Positions 1 to 14,400 of a DNA stretch of 64,000 nt are shown one piece after another. The position numbers were made by a program, and so were the translations under genes. Within the stretch, counting starts at the first letter, position 1. Each line of letters opens with the position of its first letter. The notes under the pieces are model-generated. The model did not search any database. It saw only the letters and a program-made list of their open reading frames with translations, and had not been told where the DNA came from. The stretch covers positions 2,916,001 through 2,980,000 of the forward strand of contig NC_087246.1 of NCBI RefSeq assembly GCF_037042905.1, read 5' to 3'. The stretch is from Lytechinus pictus (taxonomy: Eukaryota).

Positions 1-2316
1 AAATCACACAAATTTGTTCTTACATCATTATAATCAAAGATATCTTTACCCGTCCGGCGCGCGTCCGGAATCATGATGTAATTTGTCGCGCACGAAAATA
101 ATTGTTTTTCGTGGAGGGGTATGCGGCAACTGCGATGCAAAGAAAATGGTTGGTAAATATAAAATAATTTTATCATATTCAAAATTTTCACAATATTTGG
201 AATAGCAAGTGTGATTTTTTCTTGATTGTATTTCCTCTAGTTGTCATTTTTAAAGCACTGAAATAAAGGTGTCCGGCAATAGGATACACTGCCATACATG
301 TAGTTGCAGAAAACAATTATTTCACAAAAAGTCTTTAAATCAAGTTCATTGTCATTCTATTATCATAGATCTAGATGGTACAATAACTGACAACTCTTAT
401 GGTTACTAACACAGAAAAGCATACATGGGACAGTGTAATAATGTTGCTTGGAAAAATACCTGACATATGATGGAATTTATTTGCTGATTTCTCAGCAATT
501 ACACATATTCTTCAAGAGCCATTTGGCACATTTTTTTTCATGTATACAATATGCATAAAAACACTTGGGTAGTCGTTTAATTGGTCTTTGATCAAACTTA
601 TTTGGTGATCGTTTATCACACAACTGGCAGATTCTCTTTAATGACAATATTAATGACCACTTGAAAAGGGTCATTAATGGACTAAACTCTTTGTTTTACC
701 CCTTAGTCACAAAGTAAAAGAATACTGTACCATAGCCTGTGAAAAACATATTAATATTACAATTTTATGTTACTCACGTTGCACATCATTACTCATGTTA
801 CAGGTTTGGGGCCTCATTTATTTTAAAACCATATCATGTATACAGCTACTACTTTTTGTTTCTTATCAAGTACAAGGAGTATGAAGAGAATTTCCTTTGG
901 CAAATTTTGAATGGAAGGGAATAGTAAAAAAAATCAAACTTAAAAAAAAAAATTCTTGTTAAGCAGTCGGGTGGAATGCTTTTTACCCACTCATGGAATT
1001 GGAGGACATTTTTTTCTTTTTCGCAACTCAAAACTAATGCCCCATATATTCTAAAAATCAATTAAACATCTGCTAACCATTCTTTGATTATTTTTTAAAT
1101 TCAAGTGAAATCTTTAGGTGAATTTTTACTGTTTTTCTCAATAAAATTGCAAGTTGAGTTAAAGTTCATGGAATTGCCCTTATGTTTATGTCATCCCACC
1201 CCCAGCTCACATACAGTACACACCATGCTAGTAACATATTTCACTTCCATTTTTCAACCCTGGTCTCTTCAATCCTTCATGCATTCAGACATTTTATGGT
1301 GTCTATTTCCAGCATCCACCTAGTTCACCTCCCATCCACACTTAAGCCTTAATTTACACTCTTCTTGTTTCAATATTCACTAGACAATTCACAGGAGATT
1401 TTGAGATGTGAAAGAATTAAAATATAGATCTATCTTCAATATGAATGAGCCATGCATTGCAAAAAAGTGTAGGTCAGAATTTTTTTTTTTCCATTTGGCC
1501 ATTTTCAATGTGTAATTGTCTGTGTACAACATTCACCCAATCTGTCAACATATGATATCTTGTTTTGAAATTAGGGGCTATGATAGAGTATTAAATTTGA
1601 TATTAACCATTAAATTTGAGTCAGGTATTGCAAAAGTATTAGCAAAAATATAGATTTTAAGGTCAGCCTTTTAGTGCACTCAACTAATGACATGCAACCA
1701 GCTACATGTTGCCTATGAGTAAAAATAAGTAATTTGGACAAAGTGAAAGTGAATCCTACATCTTGGCATTCTCAATATGCTTGCTCCTTGTGCTGGTCAT
1801 GCAAGGCATGTTAGATGCTTGTCAAGTTCTCTGCAAAGCAAAGCAAAGGTCAACTGAAGATCTATGCATAAAAAGAGATGCAAAACTGGGGAATGGCGAG
1901 ATCATCTTCAGTGAATCTGACTTTATAAAAAAAAGAATGTCATTAACAAAGTTTGGATCTAATTTCCATCTAGATCTACTTGCAGGGCTTCCATAGAATG
2001 AACAACTCCTTTCCTGCCCTCCTTGGCCAAACTAACAATTTAAAATGTCATTTCAAGATTTAAAAAGAAATAGTTTAGTAGCTCCATAATATAGAGATTT
2101 TAGTTTGCATAGGAATCAGACATTGCAGTACATTCTCTGTGGGCAAAACATGTATCCAAGACCTCCTGGGTACATGTTATTATCGCGCATTACACTGTTT
2201 CATAATTAACAACTAAACTAAAAGCATATTGAGAAAATAATAAATATATATACTTTTTGTCTTTATTCTTTACAGGAGGGGATTAATACTCAAAATTTAT
2301 CCAACTAGACAAGTAC

Positions 2317-2422
2317 ATGATGGCAAAAGTACGATACTCAATGCCATTTTGGAGATTCAGTACATTTGCAAGGTTTCTAGTTTTCTTAGATGGCTCTGCG
2401 TCTCTTGCTCTATGGGTAACTG
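2317..2422 (+). CDS. ABCB half-transporter coding exon 1 (TMD0)
   Basis: [14 protein letters not shown]...LWVT; acceptor ttacag ending 2275 (so a 5'UTR exon lies upstream); donor GTGAGT at 2423; phase 1. Confidence 0.8.
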
Positions 2423-5400
2423 GTGAGTATTATGATACATTGTGCATCTTGATTTTAGTAAATCTGGGGCGGTATTCTGAGGTCATTTTATCTTTAAAAT
2501 ATCTTATTTTATCTCTTAAAATGAGAATGGTATTCTGAGATGACATTTTATCTCTCAGATAAAATTTTCAATTTTATCCTGCACATATATTTTATCTTGC
2601 GTATCTATAGGTGATACACGACAGAACAATGCTTGCGTAGACATACACATTGCATATCTTACCATTGCAACGCGGATGAAGTGCGAGCACCTATGTTACT
2701 TTGAAGAAAAAATCAAATGTGGAGGTGCCGTGGCCGAGTGGTCTATTAAGGCGCCTGGCTATACAGAGAAAGACCGGGGTTCAATCCCCGGCCGCGGCAC
2801 ATATGCCCGTGAGCAAGGCATTTAATGTACAAACTACAATGCTCTTTTATCCTGCTTTCAAATAAATGCTATATGCATTATTTGTAACTTGGCGTGCACT
2901 TGTTTGTTTAAAAAAAAAGAAAAAATAAATAAGTAAGTAAAATAGACTTGAAAGAGGGTAGGAGCTATTTTATCTCCGCGACGTTGATTTCATCAATATT
3001 TCTAGGTGAATTATATTTATTCAGAATAACACCTAAAACGTTATTCCTCTATAATCAGGAATTATTTCATAAGACTTTTCTTGATTAATATTGTCTTTGA
3101 AATGATGCTTGAAAAGATGCGATTGAGACTTTGAAAAAGAATGAGATTCTTGTCATTTTTTAAAGAGAAATCTCTGTGAAGACGCACTAGAGTATAGTGC
3201 AAGCATATTTGAAGTCAATAAATTGATGCAATCTCACTCCTTTGCCACACCTGGCGGAATGGATTTCAATTGGTTGAGTGAGGTGAGAGAGCTATAAAAG
3301 CGTGTTTCTCATTGGATATTGATTAAAAAATAGGTGTGTCTTACAGAGATAAAATGAAGATAAAATTGTTCTCAGAATACCAATTTGGAGAGTTTAAGGG
3401 TATTTTATCTCACTGATTTTAACGGAGATAAAAATATTTTATTTCATCTGAGATAAAATGGATCTCAGAATACCACCCTGGGGCCTGTTGCATAAAACTT
3501 TTTACCTGAGAAAACTCTGGTAAAAACTGAAAACTAAGGTTAGTCTGATTTCTGCCATTGACTTTAACACAGGGCAAAAACTCTGGTAAAAACAACCTGA
3601 GTTTTCTCAGGTAAAAAGTTTTATGCAACGGGCCCCTGGTCTTTAAAGGGGAATCCAACATTTAGTTGTGTGAGAGAGGAGAAAAAAAATAAAAGAGAAT
3701 GGTGAACATTTAAAAGAAATTGGACAACCAATAAGAAAGTTATGGTTGTTTTAAAATTGGGATCCCTCAGACTATGCAAATTTCAAATTGGCAACTGGTT
3801 AAGTAAATTAAGACAAGTGGTAGGGAAAACTTTCTCATAGGCAATGTACTTAATTATCAGGGATTTGTGGGTTTTCTTCTAAGTACCTTATCCCCTGGAG
3901 CATTTATCAAAATATTACCAAGGCAGCGTATTTTTTATGTCCTCATAAAAGAAAAATATAATTTGAAGTAAAACTTTTGAAAAAAAGACAAAATTATAGC
4001 CATTTTATTTATTGGAGTAAATGGAAGAGTAGTCCTTGCCTTCTATATCATTACCAATGCGGCCAACTTAAAGTTTGCATCATGATATTTTTACAACTTA
4101 AAACAAATATCAGAACTTATTATTTGTCTGATATTGTTCAACCCTTCACCTTTTTACTTGTCTAATTTTTTTATTTTCCTCTAAAACTTTTTATTTGGGT
4201 TGGATTCCCCTTTAACATTATTCCTCCCATGCATAATAAGAGTAACATGGAAAAATGTATCACTAAAAATTGAATATTATGAATATGGAATGATTATTTG
4301 AAATGTACACCATTTTGATGTAAACATTCTTTTTAGTGATAAAAACATATAACGGACCCTAAGGCATTCAGATTTTTATTTTATTATTATCTGACACCCA
4401 TGTCTATAGATGGATTTTGTTTTTTGATTCTTTTTTTTCCTCTGTGTAATGTTGGTTTCCTCGTGGGTAAACCTTTTGATAAGACCACGTATGTTCTGAT
4501 GACTTGTCTCCCTTGTTCTGTCATTTGAAATAATACCAGATTCAATTGGTATAAAGTCATATCATCAGGTTTTTGTGGGGAATTTGATAATAGTCAAATG
4601 CTGATCCACTCAGTTTTATGACGAGCAAACAAATGCACTGTATGTTCTGCACATAGCCTCGTATAGTAAGATCTCTATCTCTAGTCCCTGAGGCTAAGGT
4701 GATGAAAACTTGGTGGCTCCACTCATGTCTGTATTACTTTTTACACCTAGTTCTTATTTTACACTTGACAATTTATGCATGTAACCCATTGGCATTATGA
4801 GCAAAAATTTTTGAAGAGGCCAGACATGACGTTTGGGGCAAGATTACTGAAATATTTTCTTCAAGCGAGTGAAGCAAGTGAGTTAAATTTTGACCTTTGG
4901 ATACAATAATCTTATTTTGTGATAGAATTCAATGACATAATGTTACATAAATAATATCATATTTTACCTTTTTCTTTACTTTCATTTTCAAATTTTTTTC
5001 TTGGTCATGAAACTTTTGAGGGCCTTTGCCCCCAGCTCCCCATCTGTATACCAGTGATGTAATCTTCTCTTTTTTTTTAAATCTGATAAGAAAATCTCTT
5101 TTAATTTCTCTTAAATACAGGTGGTCATACAAACTACCTTGAGAGCAGTGTGACGCAATGGACTATCCTTGGCTCTACATTTGAGTTAGCCCTCTTGGGC
5201 CTGTTCAAGATGCTCTTTCTCTTCTATGCCTTCACGAAGATGGAAGACTACTCACTGGCTCTCTTGGATTATCCCTTTGATGCTTCTCTTAAGTCATGGA
5301 AGAAGTCAAGCCATATGTTTACCATTTTCTTCAGTTTTCTCAGCTTGGCATACACAACAACGAAGGTAATCTCTTACAAGGAATATAGATATTCAACTAG

Positions 5401-8400
5401 AATCAGATTATATTGAAATTATTGTGTTTTCAAGTAATCTCTTAATAGGGTACTCTCTTGCATGTAATCAGGCTACTATGCTGCTCTATCTTGGTTGTCC
5501 CTTTTTCCAGCAAATGATATATTTATTTTAGGGGGAGGAGAAATCCTTTAACATGCTGTTTTCAAAACCTTATGGCTTTTAGATGTTCTTTACCTGGGCC
5601 TATTATGTTTATCACACTGCTTATTTCAGACAGACATTAATCCATAGATATCTACATTTTATTCTTAAGCTACATGTACATATGGATGTGATTTATAATC
5701 TACATAACACGATATCGAGGTAATCCATTGAAATATGTAGTGAAGATCAGAGAATGAAAGATGTCTTTATATGAAAAGTCACTTACCTTCGTCCTTTCAA
5801 CTGTCTTTTCATTGCTAACCCTCACTTTTATGAAGGATATGGGAAACCTTCTGAAAGTGTGATGACTTTGAATCCCACTATATGATCTATAAACCAAGGC
5901 TCGACATTAGCGGTGGCCCGGTGGCCCGGGGCCACCAGAAATTCACCTCGGGCAACCATTATTGATAAAATGTTAAGTTTTGGTGGCCCGAATCGGGCAA
6001 CCAATAATTTTCAAAGTAGCGCAATTTTTCTCCCGATTTTGCACGCATTTATCAACTTTTTACAGTTCAAATTGCAACCCAGTTCGTCATGCGCCCTTTT
6101 CGTTGATCTACACACAAATACACACACACAAAGTTTGCATATTAGGCCTACAGCTATTGCATACAGTAGCTATTATCCAGCCAGCCGCGCCGGCCGGCTG
6201 GCGTGAGCTTTGCATGAAGCCACTGCGCTGCATACAGCTGTGCTCTATACTAGATCTAGCTCACCCTATTCAGACTCCGGGAGCTGCGATAAAAAATGTT
6301 GCTGCTAAGAAATCTTCCACAGAACTTTGAAAATCTGAGTCAAAGTCACATTTTACACCAATGAAATGACATTCTACAGTCTATATTACGAAAATTTGGT
6401 GTACCCTGATTATTTGCAAGCATTAGGAAGAGGAATTATGACCTCTCTTTTGACTACAAAAGACCGATTTCCAAATGAATTAATACACATAAAATACATA
6501 GGCAAGTACATTACAGTCCCACGTGTGCATTTGTATGTATGTTGATACTTGGTTTCTTTCGAAGCTGTGTCTTTTCTAGCCAAAAATAAACAGACAGTTT
6601 CTTTCTTTCTTGTTTATAAATGACTTCTTAAACCAATTGAGAAAGTAAACACTTTGGGAAGGCATTTCATTGATATGAAATGTGAATTTTTCCAACATTT
6701 TGGCAAATATAGGGAAGGACTTTTCTCACACTTTTTTTCCAGATATAACTTTTGCTGTTTTCTTCTTATTTTTTTTCTTTCATTTTTTTTTCAGTGGTTA
6801 AACCATTTATACCCCTTCCCATTGAATATGTCTGATTAAAAAATATGTTTCTACTGAAAATAAAATAATACAAACTAAAGGATATAAAAATAGAAATGTG
6901 CCATTCCCAGAAGGTAAGTGAAAATTATTTGCTTGGCTTTTAATTATATTCCAGTCAGAATAGACTGTTGCCATGCACAGCTGTTAAAAAATATTCGTAA
7001 TGGCTTCTTAATTTTCCCCTTTCAAAAGTTTCCCCATGATTTAATATATTAATTTTGTTTTATTCATTTTTCTTTCACTTTCGGTTCTTTTTTTTCTCTC
7101 TAAATTTTTTTTTTTCCCCTGTTCTTTGTTTTTTCTTTCTTCATTGTCTTTCTTTTGTTTTATTTCACTTATTTTATTATTTTTGTTTTCTTTTTGTAAT
7201 ATACTTTTTGAAAATTATTTTCATTTGTTTCCCCCTTTTATGCATTGTTCTAATTTTGCAGCATATTTTTCTGTGATTTTCTCCTGCTATAATATGCTGC
7301 AAAAGAGAAAACAGAAATAAACTGGATTTGGGGCCTGCATAATCTAGGTTTTAGGATTCAAAGAGGAAGAAATGAAAAACCATTGTTTTGTACATCTATC
7401 TGAGTTTGCTACGCACTATTTATTTACTTTACCATTATGAGTGTGTGTCTATACGGAGATTAAAAAAAAAAAAGTCCACACAACCTGCGAACAATAAAAT
7501 TCATTTATTCTCTTTCAATCATTTCATTTTTACAACGATAGAAACAATTTACATTTTACCACAAGCCAATTAGCAAAGTAAAATAACAGCAAACAAGGTT
7601 TACATACTGTACAAGATAATTAAGTGAAAGTAACTTAGTGGTAGTGGCTGCAGAATTAATATTTCAGAAGTTTGTTTTATTAATTTTTAATGTGTTTCTT
7701 GATATTTTTCGGGCCACCAAACTTTAATATCGGGCCACCAAAAAAAATTATTTGATGGTTTTGGTGGCCCGAATGGGCCACCACCAAAAAAAGTTAATGT
7801 GGAGCTTTGTATAAACACAGTGAATTTCTTACACAATGGTTTCACCTATTTGGAATATGAATATATGTGATGGAAAGGGCTTGTGGGTTTCCTTTGTGAA
7901 AGACGTAGCTCTTACTTTTGGTGAGGTGATGTTATGTCGATATTTTCATATCTATTTTTATATATTATTTATATAGGGTGGCCTTGTGTTAAATGCTATT
8001 CTGAACAACCCCAAATATGAACTGATGCATATTACCTACAACATCCTTGTGATATCTTCGGTTGCCTTCTCATTTCTGGAGTTGATTACATCGTTGGCAG
8101 GACCTTACTTTATGCGGAAGTTGCAGATCATCCGCATTGAAAACAGACTCAATGATGAGGATGAAAAGAAGGAGAAGAAAGAAAGCAAAGCTGATCTGGG
8201 CAGAGTGTTGTCTCTTGCTAAATCAGTAAGTGAACTAAACCTAGTTTCCAGTGGCAATACATATATCTCTTTATTGCCTTTTAAAGCTGTTACCTTTCTG
8301 TGTTTCTTTTTTTTTTCTAAATTATCCAAACTCATATGATTGACTGGATATTTTATTGTGTGTTGACTTACAGCATATTTCAATATTTAATCTTGTTTCA

Positions 8401-11400
8401 CTCTGAGAAGATATAGAACAACCACCACATTATTACAAACCCCACAACTTTTCTTCTTTTCATATTTTAGGAAGTAGGTTTGATATCACTAGGAATGGTT
8501 GGCTTGATCGGATCAAGTGCATCTTCCATGGCAGCCCCTTTATTTTTTGGAAAGGTTGTAGATGAAGCAGTCACTTCAAAAACAATGGGTGAGTCAGGGG
8601 AGCTTTATATATTGTTTCATTGTATGTGAACAATACCACCATTACAGACATTACATTCATAGAGTTTTTTAAACTATTTTTAGAAAGCGGATCATTACCA
8701 TCCTGACTGGAAATCACAAACATAACCGCATTGAGGGTTCATAGTCTGAATATGAGTCAGTCTCTGTGACTGTGTATCATTTGGTAGTTATCACATGATA
8801 AGCCAGACAATGTGAAGGCATGAATGGGCATTTATTTAATCAAGTCCCTGTTACGTAAAGAGATAATGTCAATATTTACACAAGATTAAATGGACTTATC
8901 CTGATAAAGACAGTAGTTTAGTGGGTTCTAGATTTGATATGACATTCCTGATGCTTAGTATTTTATGACTATGGCCTACATGTACAATTGCTGCAATTTT
9001 TGCACTCTAGCATTTTTTGTCCCCCATGTGATCAGGTACCTCACCTAAAAGATATCTGTTTGTCCATGATACATTTGTTTCGTGCTGCTTCGCAAAATGG
9101 CTCTTGTACTTTTTATAGTGGACTATTCTACTTGCGTTTTAACACGTTTAATTTCAAATCCTTGAAAAGCTGCTTTGTAATTGTTGTTCTTGGAGATAAT
9201 AAAACTGACAGAGAGGATCACACTTGAAGGGGTACTCCAGGCTGAAAATGATATGATTTAAACTAAGCCTGAGTCATATGGTGTTCGACAGCTTTAATTC
9301 GAACGAACATCGATGCATCGAAATTTGAAGGCGGGGAAAATCGAGTCATTTTTTTTGCTCCGGCCAGCCGTCGATGCATGTGCTATGCATACACTACATG
9401 CACTGACGGTCTGCGCTGGCCGGGTGAGCGTTGTTGCAAAAGCAGATGACAGAGCAAAGTTCGTTTGTATTTTCCATGATCACAAAACACAAAAAAGGCC
9501 GGGGAGCAATGCAGAATTCTTCCCAAAATATCTTCAACAATAATATTTGCAGATGATAACATATAAGTTTAAAATGAAACAATATTAAAGACATGAATCA
9601 CGCAGAGTCGATCCGAATGATTTTCGGTCAACTAGCATTCGCAGTCCAGACTCGCACACACCTAGCCGCCCCGTCCGCAGCCCGACGTACTGTACACTCA
9701 CTCTCCCGAAACGACAGGCGTGCTTGCCAGCGCCATCTAACTTGTGCAAACAGCGGGGAGAGCGCTGTAACTTGCCTGAGATTGTGTAGTTGGCGGGGTA
9801 GTTGGATCCAAAATTAGCTCCAAATAAATTGATGGGAATAAATACGTAATTTTCTCTGGACGGTCATTTGAATTGGTATTCAATGCTGATATAACGATTG
9901 TGAGGAAAGATTGTGGAATATGAGTTCTGGCGATGTTCGAGACTTAATCCTGATAATGATAATCCATTTTTTAGACACAAGAGCTTGTGATCGAAATACA
10001 GTAAATACGAATGTCTCGGATCGAGCTCTAAATTTAAATTATTATTGGATGTTGAATAATTACGATTTAATAAGATTTTATGGCCATACTAAAAATATTG
10101 ACGATGTCAGCAAAGTATGTTATGTTCAGATGGAAGAATTACTGGAATTATTTTTATTTGTTATTCCATCTATCTCTGGACGTCTCCGAGCTCCAAGAAA
10201 AGAAGCACATTGCGCATGCGCGCTCGATGACGTCTGACATATTTTCCATTCATGAAATCAGAGCCCAAAGTTGGGCACAAACAAGCTTCAAATTGATGGG
10301 GAAAAAATATCAAACGTAATTTTTCTCTGTTTTGTCATGTAAAATATTATTATATGGTGATATTACGATCTTCAAAAGAGTTTCTACATGTTGACAATGT
10401 TCGATAATCAATCCTGACGTGATAATTATCTTTTTTAGACAAGTGCAGTGCACTTACTCAAGTCGATCGTCATGTGATGTCTGCCATTTAAAATTGAAAC
10501 AAAATACAAACATTTCACACCAAGCTCTAAATTCATATGAATGATTATCATATGCAAATTGTTGTTAAATATTACGATTAAATCATGTTCTATGGTCATG
10601 ATATTAATATTGTTCATGAAAAAGCAAGATTTACTTTACGTTGATCGGTCAATTTTCCGGCCATTTTCTGATTTGATTAAAGCACAGTACTGCGCCTGCA
10701 CGATCAATGGCGACTTCCATTCATAAATTCATTGTGCATAGATTATCTCGGCACGAGCAGACGAGCTGGGCAGGCGAGTAAGACTCGAACTATGATCGAG
10801 ATAAACTTCAAATGGTGAATAGGCATCATATTTACACAATCGGTTTCATTTTGGGGGCAATGTAAATGAAGTAAGTAGTAGTCAAGTTGGATATTACTGT
10901 TTATTTTGATGTTTGATTGTGTGAACCAAATGAATCGGCCGGCCGACGTATTTTTTTTTTTTTTTTTCGATGCACCGATTTTGCAAAATCTGCACCGGCG
11001 TTCGATGACATCGATCAAGCACCGATTTTAAAATCGATTCGACTCAGGCTTAATTTAAACCCGGGGGGGGGGGGCCACTTACATTGACGAGTGGATACCA
11101 TGCGCGACCAAAAAAACACGTAAAAAGGATGTCTTTTTCAAGATAGGGCACGTTACGTACGTAACGTGATAAGGGTGTCAAAAACACAAAAATAATGAAA
11201 AAAGGGTATCTATTTCGCTAGGAAAGCTACGTGTTTAGGGTCATATTTGGGGGAATGATAAAACAAAATTAAAATGTTTTATAAAGGATGTCCTTTTTGC
11301 CCCAACACTACGTGTTTAGAGTCCGATTTGCGCGAGGTGTGGAAGCTGGGGCCGTACTAAACCAAATGGTGTGTAAACTGTAAAGGTAAAATAAAACCGA

Positions 11401-14400
11401 CGACCGATGGACTCGTGACATAACAATCAAATATCGATGTACTTGTTTAGGGGTTCATTTCAGGGAATACTTGCCAAGAGTATCGTTTTGTTTCCAATAC
11501 TTGTTAAGGGTAGGGTTTCAGACGCCAATACTTGTTAAGGGGTGCATTTTCAGAATTTGGAAAATACGTGTTTAGGGTGCTTTTCGAGACCCCTTGGTCG
11601 CGCATGGTATCCACTCGTCAATGGAAGTGGCCCCCCCGGGAATTTAAACCACTAATGATGTAATAAAGTCAGACAAGCAAAAACACTGAAAATATCATCA
11701 ATATATTGGGCAAGGTACATGACAAAGTAATGGCATTTTAAAGTTTTTGCATTATTTTAGTGAAACAGTTCTCTATGAATGTCTTCATGAATATGCAATG
11801 AGCAAGCTGATTATGTCACATTCCTACTTTTTTTTCGAATTTTATTTCATGAAATTATATTTATTCAAATTATGTCTACAAGAATTTAAAAAAATTTATT
11901 GACAACTGATTAAATGTGTAAGATAATCATGACTGTAACTAATTTTGTTTCAAGAGAGACATACATGTATTTATCCATATATGGAAATATGAAATAATTA
12001 TGGTTTCATGTAATAACATAAGAAAAAGGAAAGTGGGTGCATAACATGACATCAGCACACTTATGAATATTTATGATGCTGTGCATATATCTGTTTTCAT
12101 TAATATTGCTTATCTTCGAAATTTACTAACTTTTTTATTTGTTATCAGATTTTGATGAAATTTTGTGATTGTTCTTACACTCTTTTGACAACAAATAGAT
12201 GGTGTGAACAGAGTTGTCCTCATTTTATTCCTCATCTTTGCTGGGGGCGCTATCTGCTCTATGGTCCGTTCTTGGTCCTTTACTCTGGCTGGGATGCGTG
12301 TGGTCTGTCGTTTAAGGAATACCCTGTTTGCTGCCATCATAAGACAGGAAGTGGCATTCTTTGATACTAACCGTACTGGTGAGCTCACCAGCCGACTTTC
12401 ATCCGACACTCAAGTGGTGCAGAATGCCGTCACGGTGAGCTTGGTCTTCTTCACCTTAGCCCTTTCACATTTCATATACATTATTTCACTATCAAGGGCA
12501 GTTCTATCTCATTCTTTCTTTTCATAACAACCATCAAGTCCCTCCTCATCCTCTTTTCCCTTTTGTTTGTGTGTTGGCTCAGTTGGTAGAGCGTCCGTCT
12601 CAAAACCGGGAGGTCGCGGGTTCAAACCCCGGCCGCATCAGACCAAAAGATTTTAAAAGATGGGAGTTGCTGCTACCCTGTTTGGCGTTCAACGATTAAA
12701 GGGATAGAGCCTCGTTGATTTGGCGCTGCACAGCGGCTGCCGGGCCCACGATCAATTTGGCAAAGCAAATTTTCTGAGTATTTCATTTCATGTCAATTTT
12801 CGAACAATAAAATATGGATTTTCATCATTTTTTTTCATTTATTTATTATGCATCTTATTTTGTCTCTCACTATAAATGAATGCTATCTCTCTATGATCTC
12901 TTTAACAGGTGAACATTTCAATGCTTGTCAGATATTCTTTTCAAATCTTGGGGTCCATTGCAATCATGTTCAGTCAGAGTGCATCCCTTACTGGTGTCTT
13001 ACTCTCTGTAGTCCCTATTATAGCAATTGGTGCAGTGCAGTATGGTAAGTACAGATACATTTATATTGTTTTGTGTTACTTTCTTGAACATTTAACAATA
13101 AAGTCACAGTGTAAAATACAAGACAAATACATTGTATATATCAGGGCAGTTCCACAGAGTGACATTCAGAAACAAGTTTTTAGCATTCAAACAAAGATAT
13201 CACCCATATTTAAATAGTTATTTGCAAAGAAATGGTACCTGACAATAGTTGCTGAAACCCACTTTTCAAAATAATAACATTTGTTATTTTGATCCACTGA
13301 ATTAATGAGATATGAATATTCAAAAACATGGTTACGGAGTGACGTAAAATGGACATGCATATTTGAGGAGAAAACATATTGCTAAAAAACTATGTGAAGT
13401 TTAAATGGCTATCACAATGTTAAGTTATTGACTGGATTCTATGTTGTTCTAGCTTTAATACGCTGCATTACATTAAAAAATTGGTAAATGTTTTCATTAA
13501 TTACAACTTAAAACATAAACCCATACCCGGTTACGGAGTGACATCTGAAATATTCACACACAGGCAACGTAAAATGAACTTAAATTTTAAAATTTTCTTT
13601 TGATATGATGTTAAATGATGACCTTCAGATTATCCAAAAGAAAATTTTACAAAACAAGCAATAGTTTTCTGTTAAATTGAAATTAAGTAAAAAACAATAC
13701 CTTTAGTCCCATGTATAGAATTTTTTGTATGGTTTGGATTCTCCTATAAGGAGATGCGTAAGAAAAAAAAATTGTGGCTAATTATGTTTCCCTTTTGTAT
13801 TTATGAAATCCCATATGAGTTTTGATAGAAAAATTTGATCCAGATTTGAAATAGAGGCAATATAAATTTTTGGAAAATGTCCACTTTTGCTTGGAATTGC
13901 CCATCAGATAACAAATAGTAAAATAGATTCCAGGACTAGGCCATGTTATTGATTACGCAGGACACATGAACATAAAAAAATAGTAAAATGAAGTACCGGT
14001 ACCAAAGAGTTTAATACTGAGATGAAAATATATTCATAAGCAACGAAAGTAACTCGTGGTGGAACATAGGTAAAAATTGATAAACTGTTCATCATTTTGC
14101 TTTTTTGTTTTTAAGTAAACATAATTTTTTTTCAGAAAGCTAAAGACTTTTATACATAGGGTTTTCATTAAAGAAAATATATCTGCCCTCACATTAACCT
14201 GTATGGCTTAAAAATAAATCTAGATTGTCTGTGTTCGTGAAGGACCAATCAAATTCTGGATCCAAGTCGAATCCCAAGGTTCTACATGTAATTTCAATCT
14301 GAAAGACTTCAATTTCAGACCTAAAAACAAATCTTCAGGACCCAAATTAAATCAAGAGACTGACCAGCCCCAACCACTCCAAATCCATGTAGTTTAGATT

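Noticed and set aside
1..715. Probable repeat fragment at the window start
   Set aside because: It looks repeat-like, but termini and family cannot be supported from this window.
2721..2800. Possible tRNA gene
   Set aside because: A and B boxes are present, but there is no clean cloverleaf and it continues into a body and A-rich tail, so it is a SINE.
12571..12645. Possible tRNA gene
   Set aside because: The acceptor stem does not pair and a SINE body follows.
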